In this document: piece by piece, positions 51,842 through 64,000 of the stretch | Position numbering within the stretch: position 1 is the first letter of the stretch | Layout of the letters: each line of letters starts with the position of its first letter | Source: Halocafeteria seosinensis | Taxonomy: Eukaryota | Direction of reading: 5' to 3' | Length of the DNA: 64,000 nt | NCBI GenBank assembly: GCA_001687465.1 | Contig: LVLI01000156.1 | Location: forward strand, 1 to 64,000 | Position numbers and translations under genes: made by a program | The notes under the pieces: generated by a model | The model's database searches: none | What the model saw: the letters and a program-made list of their open reading frames with translations, nothing else | Told to the model about the DNA's origin: nothing

Positions 51842-54800
51842 CTAATTAGAAGGCCGCAAAATCTGAGACTCTTCAGAATCTGAATGTTTCGATGACTGAA
51901 GTATCATGCTAAAATACCCGTTGTTGCTCCTGCGAGGAATAACACACAAAACGAAAACTAGATTTAGAGTGGAAACGCTTATTGCACTGATTCTAGCATA
52001 CCATGTCTTTAACATGTTGTCGTACTGAGCGCTGAATATTCTATCCGACTGCCCCAAAGACTCAATGAACAAACTTCGCTGAAATTGCTCCGGTTTACCC
52101 ACAGAATCAAGATCAACAACCTGCGCTAAAAATCGCCGTCAGGAGCGGCTATAAACGACACAAACATAACCTAGAACCTACTTGTCGATAGCCAGCACCA
52201 TGATCTTGGGTAAATTTAGTGTCTGTCACTCCAAAGGATCCGACATTAACTGTGGCAGAGTCGCCACCTGTGCAAAACATGCAAACTACGATACCCAGCA
52301 ACCGATAGCTCATCGACCAACGAATGCATCTCACCTTGAGAAGCGTATCGGTTAGCAAGACATTGCAAGGCAGACCCTCCCAGGGATAACGATTCAAACC
52401 TTGCTTTATGAATTTCTTTACCCCACCTTTGAGCATCGTCCTCAAATCTGAAACAGCCGGAATTGGAACATGCTCTAACACTAGAATTCCACAGACTGGT
52501 TAGATTGGCTAACGACCTCACTACGAAATCGTCGCAAGAGCTGGGATAGACACCACCATAAGGATAAGCCGTACATGCTGAATCGTTTCCGGTCAGTGCA
52601 GACAGAAGAAACCCGGTAACCTCATAAAATGGTTCACCCGTCTCCCAAGAGCCTAGACGAAATAGCTCCCGCATGAACATAGCATAGAGTGATGCATGTT
52701 GGCTTCCTACTGGGAGCTCAAAGTTCCAGCTCCGTAGAGCTTGGTATATGCTATGCGTACCATTGACAAATTTCGACGGGGGGATGTGCGCTAAAACGAG
52801 CTCGACAAGATCTCGAGCCTGGTAAGACTTCAAGTCAAGCTGAATAAGCTTCATATCCTCCAGTGATAGTTTCTCGCCTCTGTGAATAGTCGAATTGATC
52901 ATGTCTGTTATGCGAGCGGCCCGGTACCCTAAAGCGCCGGAATCGTAATCCGAAGTCCTGCGTATAAGCGAAAAACACCTTTCAGGGATTTTGCGTGCAG
53001 GCGCGCAAATAGCGTACTACATACAAATGAAAGCGATAGCTTCGTGGGACTATCTGGTTGTTAGCGGTGGCGACAAATCCTTTGCTTGGGTTCTTCGTCC
53101 AGGGGATATCCTCATAGAAATCAAGGAAACCATGCCAGGTAGTGTTGTAGCTTCCTGTCGAAAGGCGTGTTTGGGCGTTATGATAGAGTAGAAAATGACT
53201 ACAACTTCACAGCCACGTACCGTCTCCTGGCACCGGCCATGCTCCTGTGTGTCCACATGACCTAACTGGAATCATGCCTGACATCTGATAGCCGATGTTT
53301 CCTCTGTTATCCGCCACGACGAAGTTTAAACTCGGTGCGACAAAATAGGACATCGCCTTGCGAAATTCTTCGAACGATTTCGCAAAATTCATTTCTATAA
53401 ATGATTTCACGGTAGTGTCAGTAAGTTCTGGAACAGTTCCGATCCACTTTAGGGACATTGTGGAACCAAAACCATCCACAACATCATGATCAGTGACCAC
53501 AGGCCCAAACACACTAGATCTAATTGCCAAGACCTGATCCTCTCCGCCATTCACCTTAATCACTTCTTCTCTGACATCGAACGCCTTCACAGTCCCATTG
53601 AACCTATAGTGAGTAGCGTTGATAGCATCCATTACGTACAGGTCCTGTACATCGGCCCCGCTGGAAATTCAACGGAGAATATCCCCCAGTGAACATAAAA
53701 AGATATAGAAAGTATCTTTAACATGCTTACGTATTTGTAAGGCCCCATGCAATCACCTCATTGTGTCCCAGTACTACACTCGGAACGCCAGGAAAACTCG
53801 AGCCGACAACAGCATTTGAGAATGTTGAGTTCCGAACATAAAGGCCATTGAGGACCCAAAGAGAGGGGACCAGTAAGGGTAAATGTGGATCACTACTGAG
53901 AAAAGGAAGCCCAGATTCGGTATAGTTTCCGTGTATCACCCAGCTGTTACTCGCTCCATATCCTTTGTAAGTCATCTTCCTGAGGGAAGAAAACATTCTG
54001 TGTAAAACAGACTTGCTTTCGCAAGAGTTTCTCCAGAGTATAACATTCACAAAATGCGTAATTCCAGCCTTAACCAGCGTCCAGGGGTTCTTGGGCTGTG
54101 CCTCTTCAACAGAACTACCCAACCCACCATCGCCCTGAGTATTCTCAAGCATTCTACCCTTTTCAGCTTTAACAAAAAGGTTAGCTGCTGCTTCGATTAT
54201 TCTACCCTCACCTGCGCATTCTGATGTGCTACTTGAAACTTGCGAAGAAGGCAATTCTTCTTCATTTAGAATTGTTGGCCCAAGCGTAAGGTTGTAAGGG
54301 GGTACCAGTTCCTCAACCCGCTCTTGAGATGCACGTTCCTCATTTCGGAGCCGAAATCGCTTTAGCTCCAGCTTCATATTCAATCCCAGTTGCCAACTCA
54401 TCATTTTAGCCCAAACCAACGAATCTTCAGGCACCCAAGCAGAAGGTTTATATCCCAAAAGCGTGAACTCAATGGGAAGTCCTTCATCTTTGTCAATGAA
54501 CGCGTTGACTCCTTGAGCGTATGATTCCAGTATCCTCAATGTCAATGCATTTGCCTCCCCCTCTTCTTGCATAGACCTCCACGCTGTACTCACAGCTTCC
54601 CAAAGTCCTAACGTACGTGACAGTCTGTCGAACTCCAGTCCACCAGTTCCGGCGACTTCGGAAATCGTACCCTTTCCAATTCGCCTCTGTAGCTCCATTT
54701 GGAATAGCCGCGATTGGGCATGTGCAAACCCTTGGGCAAAGGCAACATCTTCGACTGTGCTTCCATGAATGTGGAATATCCCGTTTGACTCACGATTAAT

Positions 54801-55663
54801 CTGGAAGGCAGTCCAGGGCAAACAGGTCCAAGTACACAATTTAACAAGAACACCTACAGCGAATTGAGTTAAGAATTACTCACCTGGACTACATTGTGTA
54901 AACCATGTACAATTTGAGTTCCTGAGAGGTCGGGTAAGCTACGGCTTTTCAGAATGGCAAGAGTTATCGAGGTAGCAGTAAGAAGCAGTGTTCCGACCAC
55001 AGTTACGGTCGTCAATAAAAGCCAAGAGAGCCAAAGAACCAAGTATTTAGGCGATCGGTTTCTCAGGTTGCAGCCATTACAACGTTCGTTCCACTTGGAC
55101 TCCGGAAAACCCTCCTCACTTGCGTAGCTCAACGCGGTAGAGCCACCGAGAACAGAGAAATCTTGCTCTATTTCAAAATCTCGTGTAGCCTTTTCTTTTC
55201 GCAGATGCCTCCAGCCTCGTGGAAGATCAGTACACAGGCAAAGTTGACCAAGGACTCCCTTGCTAGTTCTCCAGAGAAACCATGTGAACACGAGCAGAGG
55301 CAACGGACTGAAAAAGGGCACAACTATCAGAAGAATCTCGATGAACTGACACAGTCCTGGAAACACAGTAGAGCGATGGAGTTTCCAGGATACATCAGCG
55401 AGTGGTAACTACAGAATTACTGCCAATCACTCACCTGCGAAAGGGGCCAATATGACTACCAGGTAGGTGTACGCTAAGATTGAAGACAGCAAGCCGAGAA
55501 AGGTAGCATAGAAGGACATTCTTCGGGTACACCAACGACACGAGCAAATAAACACACAATTGCATCTGCGACGCCTACGCCACTTTATTGCTAGGCGAGC
55601 CTCCTCCGTGTCATTCTCGCTTCTTTCGAACTCCTCCTCCACTCTCGACGTGGTAACATTCAT
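51842..55663 (-). CDS. Peptidase S45 acylase with N-terminal TM region, copy 3, multi-exon
   Basis: FAQGFAHAQSRLFQMELQRR, GA|SNSWVIHG, SDPHL, LGHNEVIAWGLTN, PSLNFVVAD, ATANNQ and GAGYRQVVDL. Intron positions match copies 1 and 2. Confidence 0.9.
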
Positions 55664-55845
55664 CGTGAGCTTTTTTCTCCCACAAGAGCCTTGTCCATTG
55701 ACAACGGGAAGAACTACATTCCAATCATGATTGAGGGGCTTCCCACAGATTCCCACTTGTTCAAGGATCTCACTGAAGTGCAAGGTGTTCCGTGGAATGT
55801 GTCGCTTCACAAAGAAACTTCACAACACCTTGTGAGTGGTCATGA

Positions 55846-58800
55846 TCATTCCACGTCTGGTGCCCCTCCTTTGGATGGAACGGAGGACGACTGAGCTATG
55901 TGCTTGACTATGCGGTCAAAATACTTCTTGCACAGGGAATCGCAGTTTCCAACCGATCCACTGTACTCTTCCAGAAAGGCGATGCAACGCCTACTAGTTG
56001 CCTCCACGTTGTATTTCCTGTGGAGGTGCCCCAACAACGACGTACGGCAGTGTTTGTACATCACCATGTTACCGAGCGCAAAAAGTACGATCCGGAGGAA
56101 AGGCAGGTTTTGCTGGCCATTCTGTCGTACGTCTTCAAATAGTTCCCACAGTTGGGCTGGAATACCACTGCTCGCTAGTGTACTATCAAGGGCACTCCCA
56201 TGGCGGGCAAAGTTCCCTAGCGCACCGACAGCATTCACTCTTGACTTATCTAATTCATCCTGTATGCACAACGAAAGAAGGTTTACCGCCCCGTACTTCG
56301 CAAACTCTTGATAGAGGTGACTGCCGTGGAATGAAGCATTTCCGATTGCAAACGTTGCCCACTTTCGTACAGTTGGATCTTCATCGCGACATCTCAGTAA
56401 AAGTGTCTGCAATATAGTAATTTCACCGGATTCGCTTGGAAGTATGTTATGGAGTGACTTTTCAGCCGTAAAGAATAGGTAGTACTCCTGGCTCCAAGAT
56501 ACCGTAAAGGAGCGAATTGCAGCATAGAAATTGTCTCCGTGTCGACAGAGGTTCCCTACAACTCGGCAAAACGCGGCACGTATCGCGGCCAAATCGTCGC
56601 ACCACAGTCTGCTGCTAGCACCAAGAGCGTCAATATTCTGTAAATACGGATAGCTTTCTTCAGAGTTTTGAGCCAGTGATGAAATTAACGTAAGTGTTCG
56701 TAGCACCGTATCCTGGGCTGCTGCAGCAACTGGACTACGAAAGAGTGGAAAGAACACTTGCAGCCCAAAGCAACGCAAAAGTTGATTCTGGAAGTGCGTC
56801 GACAAGTCACACAGCCGACACAAAAGGACGGACACACTCTGACATGACACAAGACTAACTCCCTCTTGTGCACTGTCACTCGACGGTACCAACGTGGAAA
56901 CCATACTAGTCAATTTTCTAACAGCACCAATTTGGTACAGGCTCTGCTGGATACGCAGCAGCAGTTGGCGGCACTGAGAGCGGTTCAATTGAGGCTGGTG
57001 TAAACTGCCCATACCTTCGACTAGGCCAATGCGGTGATATGCCAGCGATACGAACTTGAACGGACTGTCGTTGTCTGCAAACAAGAGAGGATACTTCTTT
57101 TCCAGCGTTCCCAGTAACGAACTCTTTGAAACGTCAACGATCTCATTTTCCATCTGCCTTCGTTGCACATACACGTAGAGTAGCGGAAATTCACATAGCA
57201 ACGAGCAAACTGTTGTTAACCGCTCTAAAGACTCGTAAACCTCTTGCTCTTCGTCCTCTCCACCGACAATTGCCGAACCACAGAACTCATGAATAAGAGC
57301 TATCAGGATACCAGTGTGGGTGGAATCGCCACCCGTATCAGCTGAAGTGTTGGATCGAAGAGACAGGTTTGCCAATTTCAGCGAGAAGGAGTGGGATGTG
57401 GTGTAAGTGACTTCCAGTCTCGGAGGCGCGCACCATCGGCGAAGGTGCTGTTCGTTGGATTTACACAACAGAACAGTAATTACGAGCTCCGCAGACAACA
57501 TGAACGCTTCAGCTCTAGTCTTCGTGTGCAAAAGCGAAGGAAGCTTCACAAGTATCTGTAGCAAACAATACAGGAGCCTCGGAAGTGGATATTCGCCAGA
57601 ACTGCTGGCTAACCTGTCTGCAGTCAATGCTTTACTCTCATGTCCAGTGAGAAGTGAAAACTGTATCGTCGCTTTGAACAATCTGAGAATCCTTACGGCA
57701 GCCTCCACGGCTGCGACTGTATTTTCTCCTTCACCCCCGTGGGTAGTCGAAAGGTATCCAAGCACCTCGGCAAGAATGTGTTGCAACTTTCCAAAAGCGG
57801 CAGCCGGGAAAACCTGTCGGTTCTGTAGCATTGAACAAAAAAACTTAGGAGAGTCGTCAGTAGAAGAATGCTTCATATCCATGAAGGAAAGAAGGGCCTG
57901 CGTCTTCAATAGGCCATAATATTCAATATCAGCCTTGGCGAAGAACTTCGAGCAGAGTGAGAGCAAGGCACTCCAAACGCGGGGCATAGAAGAGTACCAC
58001 TTTGTCCCCAATGGGCTCTTTAGGACTTCTACAAGCTCAAAAAATACATCTCCACTCATTTCACCAAGCGAACCTTCAAGGAATGCCACATAATCGTCTT
58101 CATTAACAGTAGGGTCTACCTGCCAGAGTGCTGCGCGGAAGCAAATATCGGACGTAGCCGCATCACATCCATTCCCCACATGATACAACACGGAACTCGA
58201 TAACATTGTGGAGTCGATTTTATCTATATGGGGAGAAGACACAAGAGCGCCGCGATACCCTAAGGACACATCAAAAATCCCGCAGTACGTACGCAGTAGC
58301 ACAGACTTGACAGGAGCTGGCATATTCAACATTGGTTCTACAGCAATTCCAGACAAACACACGAACCGCACAAAGGAAGCCAATGACCCCACCCTTTCCC
58401 CTGTCACCGAACACATACGGTTAACAGAGGCTTTGGTAACGGATAAAAATTCGCAGAGGCCTTCTTCATTCCACCGCTGACATACCACTGCAGCCTGAGT
58501 ACCGAGGTGACATAAGCAGCAAAGAACGGGCGCGAAGTCTTCCCCCACTGATCTTGACGCGATGTCCATAGAAGTGGATAGGGTCCTCCACATTTCGCTA
58601 TACCATCTTCTCAAAGCTTGGTTGAGTTGCGAAATTCTCGCAGTATGAGCTTCCGACAACGCGGTACTCTCTACTTTTCCCACTAGACTCGAAATGCTAT
58701 GAATAGAGTACATTGACAAGATAAACGTTCTCCACATATCCTGAGCTGCAATGTTTTGACCATTGACCTCCTTAACGTCATTGAGGACGTCCCTCGCCAA

Positions 58801-61261
58801 CAGGGCGAGCTCGTCCACCGTGTCACCCGATATAGCGGGTAGAATTTTATCGAGCGTGTCCCTGTTCAGGTTCTCCTTGCCTGCCGCCACTACATGCAAG
58901 GACAAAGGGAAAAGAATCAACGCTGCATGGTCGCCAATCAGCGAAGCCTCAAGGGAAATATTCCTTACACGAGAATATACATCCTGAGGCAGGCACTGGC
59001 ACAATTCTGAAAACTTTTCAGGGATACCAGAATTTCCTAGCACTAGCAGAGCGGTTGAAAGATCCATATCTACAGACAGTTCACGTTCCTCGGGAAATGT
59101 AGACGCATGCACAAGATGCCGTGTCCACCTCTCTAGGCATTTATTCCACGACTTATACAAGTCATCACGCAAAAAGCTCCAAAACGCCTGGACCGTTTGC
59201 GGAACGGATATTGTGCTAGTAACCTTGAGTTCTTTCGTGTGGGGTGTGTCGGCAAGTTGTTCTCCTTCGATGTCAGAGCCAATGCTAGAGGCAACCGCTT
59301 CGCTATCACTATGCTCCGACATATCCCCGGTGGAAAACCCGGTATGCTGAACCGTTGGTGCCCATTGACTACTTGTCGCGGAAACAATGGGTTTGTCTGC
59401 CGACCGACCAAACATGGAGCTCGCCGACTCAACCTCATGCCCAAGAGTAACTGACGTAGTAATTACAGCGCCACTAGCTACCGTCCCGGTCGATGTTACG
59501 GTAGTGTTGGTGCCACGCCCTTGTCCCGATGCCTTGTCATCCTCCAGATGCCCTTTGACCAGTACTGGCGCGAAGTCAGTTGTTCCGACTGTTCCATTGA
59601 CATCGGTTGACGAATCGGCGCTGTCAACAGTTGTGTCAACGCTTCCCGTTTTGGCAAGCGTTAGGGAATTCTCATCATGTGTATCTTCGGTTCCTGCCGG
59701 TCCCACCTCGTTGACTGCATCAGCAGCATTTACAACTGAAACGTTTGGGGAAATTTGGCGTTTCGTCCTTGTAACCCCCGTGTCCCGTCCTTCGTCACCC
59801 TTGCGGTCATTTGATAACACAATTACGACTTCTCTTCCTACGGAAGGTGATTTATTGGCTTCTGAATCTGAAAGGAAGCTATCTTCCCCGAACGTGGCAC
59901 TAAAAGGATCTACGGGTACCCAACGACGGATGACCTTGTGTTTGTCTAGTCCACGAGTGCTATCACCCAGTGTCTCTCTGGAACTCATGTGTCGCCCGCT
60001 TTGACCTTGATGAGCAAGCATCTCTAGACGAAATCGTGGGGGCATTTGAGGAATTTCCTCCATTTCCAGTCGTTTCTGTCGTTCCTCTGGAGTCTCAGAA
60101 ACGAAAGGGTGTTCTAGGAGGCCCGGCCAGCAAGCCCTGTAAATTGCAATATACATGAATTCAAGCATTCAACGATGTAATTAGCCCTTAGTGTTTATAC
60201 CTTTGTTTAGGCTCCTTGTGCAATAGCGCTTCGAGGAAGTTCCCGAACATCTTTGACGCCCCCTGCGGTAGTTGCAGAGGATCATCTGTAATCTTCTTCA
60301 CAAGTTTCATTATGTCGTTTGTGTAGAAAGGAGGCTCCCCACTAAAGAGTTCGTACAATATTACGCCTAGAGACCACTGCAGGCATTCACAGATTGGTGA
60401 ACGCAGTTTGAGGATTCACTGTAAGGAATGGCACGTACCAGATCGACACGATAGTCATAAGGCTTTTCCCGGACAAGTTCCGGTGCCATATAAAGTGGCG
60501 TCCCCTTTATGGAGGTCATCATAACCTGTTGTGCTGAAAGGAGGCGAGAGAACCCGAAATCGCACAGCTTCACGGTACCTTCCGAGCTCAGCAGTATGTT
60601 CTGAGGTTTCATATCCCTGCGATACGTTCAAACCATGGTAACCTAATATGGTCGTTCCCCAAACACCATCATGCAAAGAAATCTACTCTACCTGTGAATA
60701 ACTCGATGATTGTGAAGATAATATAGCGCTTTCACAACTTGCCGCGCGATGGATCGAACTTGGTCTTCTGGTAAGCGCCCGTCATCTTCCAAAATCTCGA
60801 ATACCTCCCCCTGTATAGTGTACGAACCACCTCTTACGTTCTCAGTGTAAGCAGTGACCATCTGCACGAGCTCTTCTTACCTGAGCGAATTCCGTCACCA
60901 TGACAAATTCCTTCTCTGTTTCAAACGCGTCCAGTAGGAGGATGATATTTTCATGGTTGAGGCGTCGAAGGATATCAATTTCTCCGCGGAGGCCTTCAAG
61001 GTCCTTCTCCTTCTTATTTCGCTTGGGGATGAACTGGGGGAAGCCATCTCAACATTGAATTCATTTGGCAAATTCCAAACCTCCTCGTGCTTCCACTCAC
61101 TTTGAGAGCCACATACTGCCCCGTAAATCTTCTTCGTCCCTTATACACCTTCCCAAAACTTCCCTCACCTGCATATGGAGGTATTCAATTGGACAAGAGA
61201 CTACACCTCAACATAGAAGTCTACTCTTACCGATGAGCTCCAGTATGTGGTACGCCTCCAT
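55846..61261 (-). CDS. STK36: Fused/STK36 (TIO-like) Ser/Thr kinase with C-terminal ARM/HEAT repeats, multi-exon
   Basis: Spliced [37 protein letters not shown]...[11 protein letters not shown]...KLCDFGF...[20 protein letters not shown]...LLEHPFV. The C-terminus contains [17 protein letters not shown] and [12 protein letters not shown]. Confidence 0.9.
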
Positions 61262-61824
61262 CGTCCCAGGCTACCTATATCTTAGCCACCATGGCGCGAG
61301 AGCTCAATACAGTGACCCATTCTCATCTTGGTGGGTGTCATCTGTATCCCTCAGAAACAAACAAAACACTATTGTCTACCCCAATTTCTACTGGAAAATT
61401 TCTATCCCACAACAGCTTGTTTCGAGGTATTCGTGAAGCCTCCTTCACAAACACGGCAGTATACTATACAATGTTTCCGGCGATACAAGTGTAAGTGTAC
61501 TAAATTCTTTGTATCTTGGCGCCTGAGTATGGAGGAGTCACGTGGAAGAAAGCAGTGGACATTACGAAGGCTAACTAAACCGTGAACAAGAGAATCCGAC
61601 AACGTTATAGTATCAGGCATATTCTTGGGCCACTGATTAGTAAAGCGCAGCTGTCAAACATGACTTCCCATATGTATATTCTAGAGGGCCATCTCTTGGC
61701 ATGCCTTCACACAATCAGGTCTGTCGTCCGGCTACTCGTTGCACGGGCATCGGTGCCGGTCGATGACAGGCCACCGAAGACTCTCTCCACTGAAACATTA
61801 TTCAAACTCCCAGCACATACTTGT

Positions 61825-62553
61825 TCACATAACTGTACAGCATTTGCAACCAGATTTATTTTTATCCTCTTCTTCCATGTCACGAATGTCCTCTTCAGAT
61901 TTCGTAGGTTTTTTATGAGCATCCTGCGGTCACCGTGGAAGCCGCAGCAATAGGTTATCAAAAAATCTACCAGAGCCTCGCGGAAGACAAACGTACCTGT
62001 ACTGCTCTCATAACGTTAACCCATCTCACAGCTTCTTCAGGAGTTTCCGCCCTAAACAGTCGATAGCGATCCCAACGTATGCTGAATTCGCACGTTGGTA
62101 CTGCATTCAACAGCATCGTCAAGTTTCAAGTACTTAGCCTTGCTTAAGACATGATACGTTCGAGCGCCAATAGACATTCACCTACCTGTTCCCCCTTGAC
62201 CGTCAGATTCCATTATAACCGCCGGATTTTGAGCCTGACGTGAATGAAAAGCGGAATGTATATATTCAAAAGTTCGTGTCTACTTGCTCTCGAGAGAATT
62301 GCCCTTACTCTATTCAAATCCATTGCACATAGCATTTCTGGACTGTCATATCGTTTGTAATAGACAAAGTAATGTCCAACGATTTCGAACCAGCGTTTCT
62401 GCCAGCGCTTTTGACTGCGGTTTCCCAAATGCACGAACAGCGTCACAAGCAGCCATTCAGGAGAGCATTCGTAAAACCTTGACAGACAAGAGAAGCGTAC
62501 CTATTTTCTTTCTTTAAGTATCCTTTAATTGGTGCTTTATTGCGATCCTCCAT
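61825..62553 (-). CDS. Small PH-domain protein ending in a CaaX box, multi-exon
   Basis: IKGYLKKEN...KRWQKRWFEIVGHYFVYYK...LFRAETPEEAVRWVNVM. The last exon (61923-61825) reads DAHKK...KNKSGCKCCTVM*. The start is tentative. Confidence 0.65.
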
Positions 62554-63546
62554 TTCAGCCAAGCGAACAAGGTGACTTTTCGCACGCGGTGTGCTCTGTA
62601 TCGACGACGCCCCGCTTCCAGCAACGGCCGCCTGCCTCCCTGTATTCCAGAGTGACGCGGAACCATGTAGTGACCATATAGAATCCGAATTCAGACGTAG
62701 GGACCAATTAGGACCCTTTTACTCACCATTTCCGGATGCCGTCCCGTTGGTATTCATCGTATTAATGCTCTATTAAAGCTTCCACAGTCCCGATTCCAAT
62801 CAATATCACTAAAACTGAGTCTCCTCTTGCGATTATCGAGGAGCACGGAGAAGATCCTAGTATGTAGACGCCGTAGAACTGCTTGAATAATCGATACACA
62901 GCATTCCCATGCGCCGAGGGAGTAGGCGCTCCCTATGGGGACCCCTTCAAGATAACTACAAAAAAGGTCCCTTCGATTCGTACTGCACACGACAATACGA
63001 CGCTGAATCAATACCCGACTACAAGATACAGTCACCCGTGGAGAAATTCAGGGTATGTGCTCTGCCATACAACAAGTGGGCTCTGTTGATTCTCACTGTC
63101 AGAAAACTGGATTCTCCGGCGAGTTCTGCGTCTTCGTTTCGGGTGGTTTCGGGCCGGAAGAGACCCGAATACCCGAACTCATTCCACGCATCGAAGGCAA
63201 CGTGTCCACAAACACAGCACGTAGGTTACGTAACAAAGGAGAGAATTGGGATTCTTAACACTTGCAAGTCGTGGAATTCTCCTTGTCTTTGGTTCCGTCA
63301 CAGATATGAGAAGATAGAAGCGCGTCAGGAGCGGGTAGACAGCTGCCGTTATTGACGACATACCATTACCTGCATTGAAACTGAGAGAGAGTCCCAGCGC
63401 ATGCGTTTCTGGCATAACTGTAGTTACTGTTGCATCGGCGAGGCAGCGCTTCGTTCGTGGTCGTGCAGGTAGCTCAACTCCCGCAGGCTGCAGGAAAAAC
63501 CAATTAAGACACACTCGGCTCGAAGAGCCGTAAGCGAACGGTAACA

Positions 63547-64000
63547 ATGGATCAGAAAATAATGACAGATATACAGCGCTTGGGGCTTCGTAGTCCCTCG
63601 AATGCGTCCCCTAGGAGGTCGAGCTCGAGAGCTGTTTCGCGAGGGAGGACCCCTCGAACGGACTACTACCAAGACGAACCCAAAGTTAGGCGAAGTAGAT
63701 CCAGCAGACGAAGTGATTCGAGAATGAGAAGTGGCATGAATGGGGAACAATATTCGTACTCAGCGGAGCGAAGGATTGCTTCAAAAGATAGCAATGAGAG
63801 CGTAGAGAAGAGCTTAGACGGAGAACTTCAGGGCAACCGTTTGATTGAAAACATGAGAGAAAGAATAAAGCAGCTAGAGAACACTCTAGCTGACACGACG
63901 TACCAAGTAAGCCTATCTGTCTGAATAAGCTTGGTGATATGTCATTTAGGCATGCGTCCATTTGTTTGCGATGCAGCTCTCCACACTTGTAGCGACAAAC
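63547..64000 (+). CDS. 5' part of an unidentified protein (R/S-rich start, then coiled coil), running off the window
   Basis: acaATGG start, an open frame of ~120 codons with a heptad-like LIENMRERIKQLENTLA, then a gtaagc donor near 63907. Confidence 0.45.

Noticed and set aside
62591..63547. Overlapping short ORFs between the PH gene and the final partial gene
   Set aside because: They have no motifs or consistent splice model. The region is most simply a divergent promoter/UTR region.

Overview
Gene-dense eukaryotic DNA with short (mostly 55-80 nt) GT-AG introns, probably from a flagellated protist. A stramenopile is my inference from the PAH sequence and the ciliary genes TEX9 and STK36/Fused; this is unverified. 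The first 17 kb is a duplication and decay zone: a TALE homeobox gene with a degraded copy, a probable non-LTR retrotransposon relic, and a tandem array of SCP/CTD-type HAD phosphatases (four apparently intact, one pseudogene). The middle holds an FKBP-TPR gene, NAC-beta, TEX9, an SLC35B4-like transporter, phenylalanine hydroxylase with a mitochondrial-type presequence, an RluA-type pseudouridine synthase, a SAP-like repeat + HNH-like protein, CDC48/p97, PPAT and a PH-Ig-WW protein. The most striking feature is a ~3.4 kb single-exon gene fusing a circularly permuted ATP-grasp ligase, a TauD/clavaminate-synthase-like dioxygenase and a PaaK-like adenylating domain. It sits between two of three intron-containing, membrane-anchored peptidase S45 (penicillin/AHL acylase) genes and is a candidate NRPS-independent biosynthetic cluster. 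Exon boundaries were read by eye, and several start codons are tentative.
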